Assembly: GCF_030684315.1 (NCBI RefSeq)
Contig: NC_081362.1
Location: 22,704,571-22,768,570, forward strand
Length of the DNA stretch: 64,000 bases
Source: Stegostoma tigrinum
Lineage: Eukaryota
Direction of reading: 5' to 3'
Positions 51,885 through 64,000 of the stretch are shown here, one piece after another; the stretch's first letter is position 1, and each line of letters starts with the position of its first letter. The translations under genes and the position numbers were made by a program. The notes under the pieces are model-generated. The model was not told the DNA's origin, ran no database searches, and saw nothing but the letters and a program-made list of their open reading frames with translations.

Positions 51885-52092
51885 AATGACCGACTATTGG
51901 CAATGGATTCACGGAAAAACTCATCTGGTTCACTAATGTCCTTCAAGGAAGGACATCTGCTTGTCTGAATTACTGTGACTCCAGACTCTCAGCAATGTGG
52001 TTGACTCTTAACTGCTGCCTGGGGAATTTGGGATGGGCATTAAATGCTGGCCAAACCAGTGATGTCCCCATCCCATGAATTAATTTTAAAAA
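51885..52092 (+). mobile_element. 5'-truncated copy of the tRNA-headed SINE
   Basis: catctggttcactaatgtccttcaaggaagg...gcaatgtggttgactcttaactgc...taaatgctggcc...atcccatgaat. Confidence 0.75.
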
Positions 52093-52749
52093 TCTTTGTA
52101 CAGTACAATCATTTCATCTTTGTATGCCCAGTAGTCTCTTATTTTGGCTCCAGGTCTTTTCTCTAGGTGTTGCAGTGGAATTTGAAGAGTTCATTTCATT
52201 ATAGTTTTGTCCTTTGTTTTTATGTTTGTCTTTCTGTACAATTTCCTTATTTTGTTCATTGACTTGTGCTTGTCAGGTTTTGGCTCTGTCTCTTAGCAAG
52301 GTGTTCAACCTCCTTTGTTCTCCCATCGAATATTCTTCAGCTGATTATTAACCATCTCAGAGCTTCTGCACATGCCAGTAGTTTTCTTGAATGTATCCTT
52401 TTTTCTCTGCAAATATTTTCTCAAGATTCCTTGTTCCTAAGATAATACAATTCCTGAGATCATCACTTGTTCAACTCTCAAGATTCGCCTAGATTTCTCA
52501 GCACAGTTATACACTGATCAATATTCTGTCTTCCTTCTCTTTATTCTCAATACTCGTTATGCCACAGGACTGTGATAACTCCATGATTCAGCATATTCAA
52601 GACAGAATTCCACAGATTTTTAAGATATAAATGACATCAAGAGATATGGAGGTAGTGGGAATAATGGCAAAGCAGTCTCAATGGGCTGAATGACCTTCTC
52701 CAGCCCCTCTTTTTCCTCTGTTCTTGTCTTCTTCCTGAGCTCTACAGGT

Positions 52750-54725
52750 GAACACATTACAGCACAGGAATAAACCCATCAGCCCACCATGGCTGTTTTA
52801 ACCTTGATGTCATTTCTAAACTAATCCCATCTGCCTGTGCCTGATCCATATTGCTCTACTCCCTGCTTGTTCATGTCTGTCTAAATGCCTGTTAAACTTT
52901 GCTAATGTAGCTGCTTCTACCACCTCTTCTTGCAGCGCATTCAAAGCGCCTACTCTGTCTGTGCAAAAAAAATTCCTCACACATCTCCTTTAAACTTTTC
53001 CCCTTTATCTTAAACCTAGTATTTGAGATTTCTACCTTGTGGGAAAAAGACTCTAACCATCCACCATATCTATCCCTCTCATAATCTTATATTCTTCTAT
53101 CAGATCATCTCTCAGAGTCTGGCGATGTAATGGAAACAATCCAAGTTTGTCCACGACCACCTCATAACTAATACACTCCAATCCGGGTAGCATCCTGGTG
53201 AACTCCTTTTGCATCCTGTCCAAAGCCTTTACATCCAGCTTTATGTGGCTCCAGAACTACACATAGTTACCAAATATCACCTAACTAAAGTTTTTAATAC
53301 AGCTGTAATATGACTTGCCATCATTTTGTTTAGTTCCACAACCTATAAAGGCAAGCATGCTATAAGCCTCCTTCACCACCTTGCCTACATTCAGAGAGTT
53401 GTTCACCTGGACCCCAAGATCGCTCTATGCAACAGTGTTTCTAAGGGATTTGCCATTTATATATACTTTCCTCTTGCATTTGACCTCCCAAAATGCATCA
53501 CCCCACATTTGTTTGTATTAAATCATCTGCCATTTCTCCACTCAACTTTCTATTTGATCAATATCTTGCTGTATCCTTTGATAACTTTCTTCGTTATTGA
53601 CAACTCCAATTTTCATGTCACCTGCAAATCTACTAATCAGCCGTCTATTTTTATTACTCCACTGGTCACAGACCTCCGGTTAGAAAAATACCTCTCTACA
53701 ATTACCCTTCCGTCTAATCAGTCCACACCGACCACGTTCCCAAACTAAACTAGTCCCACTTGCCTGCATTTGGCCCATATCCTTCTAAACCTTTTCTATT
53801 CATGTACTTATCCAAATGTCTTTTTAAATGTTGTAACTGTACCTGCATCCACCACTTCCTCTGGCAGTTCATTCCACGCACAAACCACTCTGTGTAAAAA
53901 TGTTCCCCCTCATGCCTCATTTGAAAACTTCTCCTCTCACCATAAAAATATGCCCCTAGTTTTGAACTCCCCCACCCTTGGGAAAAGACCCTTGCTATTC
54001 ACCTGATCTATGCCCCTCATAATTTTATAAACCTCTATAAGGTGACGCCTGAATCTTCTACGCTCCAGTGAAAAAGTCCCAGCCAATCCAAAATCTCCTC
54101 ATAATTCAAAACTCCAGTACCTGTCAATTATTTCTGAACCTTGTCCAATTTAATAATATCCTTCCCTTAGCAGGGCTACTAGAACTGCACACAGTGTTCC
54201 AGAAGAGGCCTCACTTATATCCTGTACAACCTCAGCACGATGTTTTAATTCATGTACGCAAAGGTCTGTGCAATGAAGGCAAGCATGCTAAATGCCTTCT
54301 TTGCCATCCTGTCCACATGTGGTGGTGCAAATTTCATAGAATTATGGACCTGAATCCCTTGGTCTTTCTGTTCTAAAACGCTTCCCAGGTACCATCAGTA
54401 ATTTAGAGACCTGCTACTTTCCTTTATCAAAATGCAATACCTTGCATTTATCCAAATTAAATTCCATTTGCCACTCCTAAGCTCACTGACCCAATTGATC
54501 AGGATCTCTTTGTAATCCTAGATAACTTCCTTGACTCCCCACTATCAGCAAACTTACTAGCCTATATTTTCATCTAAATCATTTATATAAATGACAAAGA
54601 AAAGCGGACCCAGTATCAATTCCAGCACATTGTCTTCCAGCCCAAAAAACAACCCTCCACCATCACCCTACTGTCAAGCCAATTTTGTTTCCAATTGGCA
54701 AGCTCACCCTGAATCCCCTGTGATC
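52750..54725 (-). mobile_element. Two tandem/nested CR1 LINE 3' fragments
   Basis: Repeated CR1 antisense motifs (ccagaactacaca, tagaactgcacacagt, ctctggcagttcattcca). Confidence 0.8.
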
Positions 54726-54728
54726 AAT

Positions 54729-57700
54729 TGTTGTTTGCGAAATATTTAATACAGACCCTTAAACCAGTCTATTATGCAAAAAACACATTTATCCAGGTGC
54801 TATTACTATGAGACAAACAATGTACTGTGGCTTGAAATTAAAGCACACACAAGTTAAAGAAGCAACACTTACATGACAAATTAAGTTAACTTTTCCCTAA
54901 ACTAGGCTGACTGCCTGAAAAATGTATATATTATCCTCTCTGAACTTGATTGGGTTTCTGAATTCAACTCACTGAACTCCATCCACAGTTGCTCTCAGGG
55001 TCTTCTTGGTACAAAGGTGGGTCTTGCACAGAAACATCACTGAAGGAATGGCCAACAGATGTCCCTTCTTATCCCTCCTTTCTGAGTTGTTCCAGAATAT
55101 TTTCTGACTTCTGCCATTTGGGCCACAAGGCATGGGTCACAGCAGCCAGTGAGATTAGGCGAGGTCATCTGAGGTGTACCCATCCGTTTACTGAAGGGAT
55201 CTGGCTGAAACTGGGGAAATGCATAAACATGATGTCTCTGGTTACTGTTCTGCGCAGTGCATTGAGATGTAATGAGTTGCAAACAACTCTGTTCAATGCG
55301 CAAGACGGATCTGGGCTGGTTATTGTTGGCTTTTGACCTGTGGTAACACTGACCTCTTTACATTCCATCCGGCCTTGCTTGCAGAAACTGTTGAGACAAT
55401 TTCATGTTAGGCCTAATTATTTAGGTCATTGACCATGTGGCCAAAACCCCTTCTCTTGATCCTGGGAACATCAGCAAATAGTGTCTCTTAATCCGAGTCA
55501 AATTCCCTTCAAAGGCAAGCAACTGAGTCTCATACAGTCAGCCCAAAATTGCTAACCTTTTCACTATACAAAGATGCTTAATTAAGTGTTGTAAAAGCAT
55601 TGACTTTAAACTTTGTACACACAAAATTTAAACATTTGAAAGGTCAAGACAAAAGTGCTCTAATCTCAAACATTGTAAAATTAAAAATACAAACTAGTTT
55701 GTACCACCCTTTTCATGAATCCAAATGCAAAATGAATATTTACAGATATGTACAATAAAATATTTACTATATGCATGGAGACTGTTGGTTGAGCATTGTC
55801 TCCAAACTTGGCTTCTGGTAGTTCTTTCTTCCACCAAATATATTTTCATTGTCAGTATTTGTCAGTGAAATGAATTACAGGTACCCTTGATAAATGCCTT
55901 TGTTTGTTTGTCTTCAGTGAATTGATCCCAAAGATGAATTTGATTATATAGGTCTTTGAAGAGTCTCCTAAGTTGATGGTTAGCCTGAGGGGAAATAAAG
56001 GCGGCATTTGTTCTTGTCCTTGGATAAGATCTGTATGGTTTTACATATATTCCCCTAACCCTGTTCCACTGATGGACATCTCTATTGTCCATATTTTAGG
56101 GCTACCTCATGCTTGAATTGCTGAATTTTCCTCAAAACTGTTTGTTTTTAACTGCTTCTTTTTTAAATTTCCCCTTTTTTTTGGTACGTCATTTGTGCCA
56201 GGCATAAACAATGGCCTGAGGGCTTTGACGTTGATCACAGTTTTAGAATTGAGAGTGCTTCCTAAGATAGGAAGACAATGTGAAATGTTGCTTAGAATAG
56301 AAGGACTTGGCCATGGAGAAGTTTGTTCAGCCTCAACCACCTCGTTGAAACATTTGTGAAACTGATAGCTATTTTAGGGGCCATACGCCTTCATCTGGTT
56401 TTTGTAATTTCACTTGGTCTTCCCGGATTCAACTAAGATCTAGTAAACTAATGGGCTAGCCATATTCACCACAGAGCAGCAACAGAGTATTTGGGGGACA
56501 ACAATGTGCCTGATTGGTAATCTTTTTTTCTTCCTCATACTCTATCAGGTTTGTTTTGCTGTCAAAATAGGCCTTTTCTCCCATAACTTGACAGCAACTG
56601 CCATCACTGCAGCTTGTACTTTTTCTAGCAGTGTTTTTACTGCCTGTTCCTGGCTGAGGGCTGTGACTTCAGGCTCAGGCAGATCTAGCCCTAACAGTGG
56701 TTCAATCCCTTTCATGGGTTGTCCAGTCATTAAGGTCTGTGGGGCTTGAGTTGGATAGAATATCGTATCAACCTCTGTCCTGATGCAGGTATGGAATATG
56801 ATAACATATTTTAAGTGGAATTTTTTGCGAATGGTCTTTCTAATTATACCTTTTAGGATATGGGGTTTATTCTCTCCACTATCCCATTTGATTGGAGGTG
56901 GTATGAAATGTGGAATTTTATTCCACCTTTTACATTATCTGACTAGTGAAATGGGCCCTCTGATCTGATTCTATGCTATACAGGAGCCACCATCTAGTGA
57001 ACACCTGTCAGAATAGAATATCTGCTATGGTTTTAGCTGTGTTGGTCCGGGTGGGGATGCTTTGCCCCATTTACTAAATGTGATGACAATGACCAGGATA
57101 TACTTGCAATCCCCATTGCAAGTTGATAAAGGACTGATATAAGTAGTCTGCAAATTTGTCCAAAGACCCTCTGCTGGTTGAATGTATATTCACTCTCCCT
57201 TGTGTGCATACCTGTTTTGGCTTTTTAGTACATAGATGATAGAATTTTCAACATAATGTTTTATATCTACTCATTTCTAGCCACCAACACAATCTGTTAA
57301 TTTTCTGTATGGTGGTTTCTATTCCCCAATGGCTCTGGACATTGTGACATTGATAAATTATCGTGTTACAGTCCAGTGGTGGCACCACATATTGTCCCTC
57401 CTGAAGGGCAGATCTGTCCTTTTTAATTGTAATTTGTTCTTCCACCTATCTTTGGAGATGGGGTGTATTCCCCTTTAGTATCTGTTTTAATTTCCCATCA
57501 TTGCTGAGTGCTTCCACAAAATTCTTAATCTTGGCCTGACTGACAGTGATGGTGTCTACCTGTTCCGGGTTGTGGGAGTTGCCATTGTTCTCCTTCTTGG
57601 CACCCTACTTGGCCAATTCGTCTGCCCTAATGTTTCTGGCTGCTGAAGTTCAATGGTGAGCCCAAACTTTAAAAATGCCGTACTCACATCCTTGGGCAGC

Positions 57701-58600
57701 CTGGGAGGTGGGGAAAGTAAAGGTTTTCTGTGTGTCAAAATAAATTCTCTAACTTCCTTGGGTCCTCCCCATTTTTGCTTTGGCCCAAATTGTCCATGTT
57801 TCTTGTTGCCTTTGGAACATAAAGACGAGTTTGTACTGGCACTGCTAAATTAAAGGATGGACCAAAATCCATACTAATATCTAGAACGGTAAAATATTTC
57901 TGTTGTGGGGTTTGCTTCATCGTTGTCTCAGGATGGTTGCTACCATTGGTGCTGTTAATGGGGTCATTATATTTAGTTCCCTATAATCGATTGTCAGCCC
58001 ACTAGGGACCTTGATACACAGTTCTACCTTGCGTTGCACACCCACCCAGGAGAGGTGCGGCTCCATCTCACTTTGGGGAGTGTATCCAATAGGTGCTACG
58101 AGGAGTTAGATCGGGAGATTTCCTCCACTAAATTTGGCTACGCGATCGCTGCCACTAAATTGACTGACACTAGTCTCTCCAGTCCTTCCAGCAGCATGGA
58201 CTGGAATCTTGGACCTGGCTCCTGTAGCTGCACTAACTACTTGGGTACCTTGCAGTCCCTTGTGAAGCGGCCAAGTGCCCAAAATTGTAGCATTTCCCTT
58301 GTGGCAGTGCTAACTGCCTGGGTACTCTGCAATCCCTTGCAAAGTGGCCAGTATACCCACAATTGTAGCACCACACCTACTGTTGTCTGGTGTCACTTTG
58401 AGGCTGAGCTCTGCCTCTTCCTGTGGTAGTGTATGGGGATGGATGACCTCTGCCTCTGTGCCCACCATGTTTCTCCACATGGGATTGGGGTTTGGGCTTT
58501 TACAGGAACTGAATGGAGGAACAGCTCAATATTGTATTTCCTAAACAAGTTGTGTCTGCAAAATTCTACAGACAATCATGCATTGTTAGTGATTTGGTCA
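54729..58600 (-). mobile_element. Decayed, internally deleted retrovirus-like / LTR element (gag zinc knuckles, RT fragment, integrase, candidate 3' LTR ~54729-55700)
   Basis: CYNCGYTGHFARDC (58329-58370); LTIDYRELN..TP and KYFTVLDIS(N)GFWSI (57850-58000); YQCHNVQSHWGIETT..WW, GLWTNLQ, KYILVIVITFSKW, LMTGQPM; purine tract gaaaagggtgg near 55704-55714. Confidence 0.75.
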
Positions 58601-60440
58601 CAAAAGCCAGAATATTAGCACAACAGTTTGAGTCACTGTATGCTTTATCATTTTGCCTTCAAGACTAGCCCTTTGGGCCAAATGCTTTATTCAGAAAGTC
58701 ATCATATGCAGAGAAATCTATTTTTAATCTCTTTCTCTGTTGTTTTGGGATATTCACAGGAATGTTTATGCTTCAATGTTACTGTATGTTAACCACTTGT
58801 GCATCTTCATTGAATAAATTTGTTTTGAATAACCAATAATTGTGTTTGTGCACATCACTGGAACTGTTCAATGGAAATCAAGCTCCACTATGCCAGTCTT
58901 TACAAATGTTAAAGATTTTATCAAAGTATGCAAAATTCCCAATTTGTGTTTTATCTAGCAGAAGGTAGCAGAAAGCACAGACCAGGTTAATGGCAGAAAA
59001 AAAATGTTCTGGTTACAGATAAACAGCTATGAACTGTTGACATGTAACTTTACCTATTGGAACTCTTATCCCCTAAAAAGCTCCCACTACATATACATGT
59101 AGACTCAAAAAAAAAGGTGTTGCTTTGGCTGGAGGGATAAGTTGAGAATGCAGTTCAATGGCCCCTGTTTCCAGGGCTCGCTGAAATAATGCTTTTGGGT
59201 TGCCAGGACTTGCAGTTCCTTCATCTCTCTTCAAATACTTTCACTTGCTTGCAGGAGGCACAGAGCGACTGATATATGAATTATAAAGCCTCTGACTTAT
59301 TGGTTAAGAGCAACAGGTTATAGCAACTGATGAGGAAAAATAAACTGACTTTCTTTCGGTGTTAGGTTTCTGTACTGTACAGGGAAAGACAACACATCTC
59401 TTTTGTACAAAATTGCAGATGGAAATTTTGATTAGTTTCAGCTGTTGTTCACATCTGTTGGAACTCTTAGAGCTATCAAAATACATTCAATCCTTTATGG
59501 AAACAAACGGGGAGGGGATGAGTTGTGGTTTGGAATAGTGGACTTTCCCCAGCCAGGTCTGCTGAAGTGAAGTCAGTTGGAATCTGATTCGCTTTAACGA
59601 AGCTTTTCCCACATCTGTAATGTGCTGAATGTGGCCGACATTGTCTGAGTGGGTTTTTTGCCCAAACTGAAAGGAGGAGATGGACAATTGGATTGTGGCT
59701 GCTTGAGCTCAGAATTGCTGGAAGGAGCACAAAAAGAATTGTGCCTGCTCCAGAAAGGGAATTCCCAGGCTTTAGGATGGTCAGGGATCTTAAAGTTTCT
59801 GGGTGGGATGGTTAGGGGTAGACTGAGTTTTGGCGGGTAGGAAGTATGGAAGGAAGCAAGTGTCTGACATCTTTGGAATGAAGAGTTTCCTCCCCTCCTG
59901 TCCTGCACTTTTTCATTTAGACCATAGAATACAGCTTGAAGCACACCATTTGTATTGTGGAATGGGCAGTGCATTATCCTGGTCAATAAGCTAATTGACT
60001 ATAATTTTTTTACTTAGGCTGGTCTTGATCTGCCTAACATATTACGGTCATCTTGGGGATATGTAGAAAGACGTTAGGTTGAGAATTTTATATGTCTTGC
60101 TAAAAATATGCCTGGCATGTGAAGTCCAGTTATGTATTCCATTTAATGGACAAAATGCCAACTGAACTTAAATCAGTGCTCCTCAAGTTAGGGCTTAGGA
60201 TGTCCAAGTGTGCTCACGAATTCTGAGGCAACGATGGTTATTGTTGAATGTTGACCGAGTTGTACAGTAATTCCGCTCTACTGGTTCTTGTTGAGGGGTC
60301 ATGAAAATGTTCAAAACTTGAAGTGGGATATCAGAAGGGAAAAGGCCTGGTAGGCACTGACGATAGGTCATCCTGACATTAGAGGCTATTTGTGTATGGC
60401 ATGAGTATGGCACTCCATAACATACAAAAATATTTATCCA

Positions 60441-60636
60441 GAGATAGTAGGAACTGACGATGCTGGAGAATCTGATATAACAAAGTGTAGAGCTGGATGA
60501 ACACAGCAGGTCAAACACATCAGAGGAGCAGGAAAGGGATTTTTCTGAAGAAGGGTCTAGACCCGAAACGTCAGCTTTCCTGCTCCTCTATGCTGCTTGG
60601 CCTGCTGTGTTCATCCAGAAATACATCTTGTTATAT
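60441..60636. mobile_element. Penelope-derived palindromic mini-insertion with complete hammerhead core and 14-bp TSD
   Basis: Inverted arms; CTGAAGA-AGGGTCTAGACCC-GAAACGTC 60545-60572; TSD aaaatatttatcca at 60427-60440 and 60637-60650. Confidence 0.85.
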
Positions 60637-61489
60637 AAAATATTTATCCAACTTCGGATAAGCATATTCCCAGGTTGCAAATGGATCCGGACATGGGGAA
60701 GTCAGGATATGATATCAGATCATCACCTTGTGATATTAAAAAGAAATTGTCCCTTAAAAGTAGCAAAGATGGCCTGGTGCTTTCTGAATGTGCTTTTTTT
60801 TAAAAAACCTAATTGTGGAAGGTCAATTAGGAAAAATTTCCCATAATTTTGTGAAATGTAATGCCTGACATGTCCCAATTTTCAGTAATACTGAGGAAAA
60901 ACATTTGTAGGACTATTCTGAAGGGCAGGAAATGCAACTAATTGGAGAGTACTTTCAGTGGCCATCCTAGGCACAGTGGGCCAAAATGTCTCTTTGTGTG
61001 TTGTATCATTTAATGATTCTAGGAATAATATTACATTGCAGTTTGTGGGAAATTGTCCTGCACAAATTGGCTTCTGTGTTTCCTGCATTACAACAGCCAT
61101 TGCATTTCAGAAGTAATTAACTGGCTGTCAGGTATCTTGGGACAATTGTCATGCAAGGTATTAATTCAGTAGAAGATATTTTTGTTCTTCCTGCTACTGA
61201 AAGGACCACAAAGAAGTGGCTAGACCTACCTTTTTAAATGCCAAAATGATCCCTGCATAAGAACGTTCCTTTACAAAAATACTTACCAATTGCAAACAGT
61301 GCTGTCTTTCTTAATTATAAAATTGCTCACCTCATTGGAAAATATAGGTAACGCACCTACAAACTATTTTATAATATTTGTAAAGATTTTCACGGGCACA
61401 ACTGAGCAGTGTACTAAGTAAACAAAAGTACATTCTTCAGCTAGATGCCTGTTTCAGTTATCTAGATTGTAAGTTGGGTCATCTTTGTC

Positions 61490-62290
61490 AAAGTTATAGA
61501 AGTCTTACACACAAAGGGTGGTAGAGGTTAGATCTACAAATAGCTCTTGATGCTAGATCACTTGTTAATTTTGAATCTGAGATACATCAATTTTATTTTT
61601 TTTTTAGCAAAGGTATTAAGGGATATGGGCCAAAGGCAGGTAAACAAAGTTCAGCCAGAGATCAGCCATGTTCTCGTTGAATGGCAGAACAGGTTTGAGA
61701 GGCTGAATGGTCTACTTCTGCTCCTATGTTTCCTTAATTGGGCAATGATTTGTTTTTCTTGTTTTGGTTAAATTGAATATGAATTGACTGTGTTCAGAGT
61801 TGGACATCAACTCTTAATAAGGCCAGATCAGCCTTGGACGTGATGCAACACAGACTAACCAGGATGATGCAGAGGTTTAGAGGATGACAGCAGTTTCATA
61901 ACTGTGGCTTAGATTTCCTTGATTTAGTGGAATGTGGGTATAGTTATTTGAGGTGTTTAAGATGTTACAGGACTTGACGTGGTAGAGTTGGCAGAGACAA
62001 TGTCCTCTGGGGAAGTCACTAATGGCTAGTTAAAAGGTGATCATTAAGAAGAAAGGCAGCTTCTTTCGATACAGGAGGTAGTGGAAATCTGGAAATCTCA
62101 ACCAAAAGGTTGTGGATGTGTAGACATTCGGAGCTGTCAAGACTACAAGATGTAGGTTTTTGTTAGGTTATGGCATCAATGGATGCAGAACAAAGATACG
62201 AAAATTGAGTGGAGTTCAGCTCCTCCATGATCTAACTGAATAGCAGACCAGTTTTGAGTGGTTCAATGGCCTGCCCTGTATTTTGTGGCC
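61490..62290 (+). mobile_element. Degenerate CR1 3' fragments
   Basis: gatcagccatg..gaatggcagaacaggtttgagaggctgaatggtctact tails. Confidence 0.6.
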
Positions 62291-62409
62291 CTAATATGCA
62301 TGAACAAGATGAGTCAGTGGAAGTATGAAACAAATTTTGACGATAGAGCATTGGGAAATGAGTATTGCAGTAACAGCTGTTACTGTTTGGTGCTGAGACA
62401 CATTGTAAA

Positions 62410-62710
62410 ATGCAGACCTAATCCAAGGTCAGAACATAGAGATACACAGGAATTTCTAGAGGCACGGTTCTCAACTCAATGCAATCAACAAACATATAGG
62501 ACTGGACCCCATATACAAACCCATACAGATCAAAACTGGAAATGACACTACTCACCATAATGGACCAGACTGTATAAATTCCAAACAGAGTGGAACAACA
62601 TTGCTTTAATGGTGGCCCCACTGATGATGTTACCTAGCTTGGTGACAAAACATTTGAACAAAAACAAGCCAACTTGGCAAGCAAGTCAACAACCTTCCCA
62701 GAGCCTATGT
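62410..62710 (+). mobile_element. Penelope 3' fragment (same family as 6985-7240)
   Basis: QEFLEARFS..INKHIGLDPIY; CTGATGA-TGTTACC/GGTGAC remnant at 62621-62650. Confidence 0.65.
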
Positions 62711-63143
62711 TCCAAGAACTTAGTGGTGGGATATGAGTGCTGGATAATTGGAGGCAGGAGGTCATATACCAAAATTTCCAGGAACACATTTAACTGGACT
62801 TGGCAGATCTATACTTTTAATACTTGTTCTCAGGACCTTTCTGTTCATTCTATCTTAAACAGGTTATGAGATACCTGCTTAAAGCTTGTCTAATGCCTAT
62901 CAAAATGTTAAACTTCTGAAGGTTTGGGTTTGACTGTTCAGTAGGCACAATGCCTGATACAAAAATATAACTTGAAATAGTTAACTTGAAATAACTTGAA
63001 GTAGTTAGGTATTAAATTCTTGATTTATGCTTAAAACTGCTCACTTTTTATTGATTATAGTTGCTTAAAAATAAACTTAACATTATCCATTAGAAGCAAA
63101 TGAATAACTGGGAATGTGTTTCTTGGAACTTGTTTCTACTTTA

Positions 63144-63455
63144 GGTGGCACGGTGGCTCAGTGGTTAGCACTGCAGCCTCACAGCGCCAGGGACCTGGGT
63201 TCAATTCCAGCCTCGAGCAACTGTCTGTGCGGAGTTTGCACGTTCTCCCTGTGTCTGCATGGGTTTCCTCCATGTGCTCCGGCTTCTTCCCACAGTCCAA
63301 AGATGTGCAGGCTAGGTGGCTCGGCCATGCTAAATTTCCCATAGTGTTCGGGGTGTGTGGATTATAGGGGGATTGGTCTGGGTGGGATGCTTCAAGGGGC
63401 GGTGTGGACTTGATGGGCCGAAGGGCCTGTTTCCACACTGTAGGTAATCTAATCT
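63144..63455 (+). mobile_element. HE1 SINE, full length
   Basis: A box TGGCTCAGTGG, B box GGTTCAATTCC, (aatct)n tail. Confidence 0.92.
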
Positions 63456-63647
63456 ACTAACTGCCATTGTTACAGATGTAAATATGGATAGCAGAACAAA
63501 GACAAATTCTGTCATAACAAAAAGATATAATAAGACAATTGCCTTGATTTGACAATTTACAGGATGAGCACTTAAAGTACAATTTCCAGATCAGATTAAT
63601 ATTTTACTTTATTTTCTAAATTTTTCAGGTTTTACTTCACAGAAACA

Positions 63648-64000
63648 ATGATACCAATGAAGAATAATTCAAAGGAGTATTCTGATCCACAGAAAAAAAC
63701 ACTCCGACAGCTTCTACATCAGTTGGAGAAGTCTCAGAAAGCTGACATTCATGCCTACAGCTTTGGACATTTAAACCAAAGGAACCTAAATAAAATACCA
63801 AGGCATCTGGATACCTCAGTGTCATGGAAGAGTGCAAAAAAACCTGCTCCTCTTAAGAAAGAGAAAAAATGCAGGTCTTTCCAGCAGTTAAGTGATGCCA
63901 ATGTTAAGAAAATGACAGCTGCTTTTGTAGACTGTCATCTGATGAGTAGTACCGTGCCAATATTACCTACACGTCTCAGCCCTGTCTGCAATAACCTCAA
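63648..64000 (+). CDS. C6orf118: C6orf118-like protein, coding exon (acceptor 63629), truncated by window end
   Basis: Stop-free for 117 codons: MIPMKNNSKEYSDPQKKTLRQLLHQLEKSQKADIHAYSFGHLNQRNL...NVKKMTAAF; resembles human C6orf118 [29 protein letters not shown]...KVARMKEAL as I recall it; strong tttttcag acceptor. Confidence 0.72.
   Translation, partial: MIPMKNNSKEYSDPQKKTLRQLLHQLEKSQKADIHAYSFGHLNQRNLNKIPRHLDTSVSWKSAKKPAPLKKEKKCRSFQQLSDANVKKMTAAFVDCHLMSSTVPILPTRLSPVCNNL

Noticed and set aside
62978-63006. aacttgaaat triple repeat
   Set aside because: Too short to interpret; simple local duplication
63144-63215. tRNA-like A/B boxes here and at 19.3, 24.0, 31.8, 35.6 and 47.9 kb
   Set aside because: Followed by SINE bodies and tails; not standalone tRNA genes

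Overview
Eukaryotic, AT-rich, repeat-dense genomic DNA, almost certainly from a shark (HE1 SINEs, CR1/HER1-type LINEs and shark-type Penelope elements; exact species cannot be determined). Three host genes can be reconstructed from splice sites and translation. (1) The 5' end of DZANK1 is on the minus strand: four coding exons at 403-8090 and a probable non-coding exon/promoter near 10 kb. (2) POLR3F (RNA polymerase III subunit RPC6/C39) is complete on the plus strand: 9 exons, 18745-45737, 945 nt, 314 aa, all GT-AG and phase-consistent. (3) A C6orf118-like coding exon starts at ~63.6 kb and runs off the window, with a probable promoter at ~49.1 kb. Most ORFs in the supplied track are decayed transposon fragments. 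The main non-genic signals are: many Penelope-like elements carrying minimal hammerhead ribozyme cores, including tiny TSD-flanked hairpin insertions; an apparently ORF1-less LINE with a tRNA-like Pol III head plus its internally deleted SINE partner; a decayed retrovirus-like element with two Gag zinc knuckles; and RFX X-box promoters on both ciliary-type genes flanking POLR3F. Repeat boundaries are approximate and all family assignments come from reading the sequence, not from database searches.
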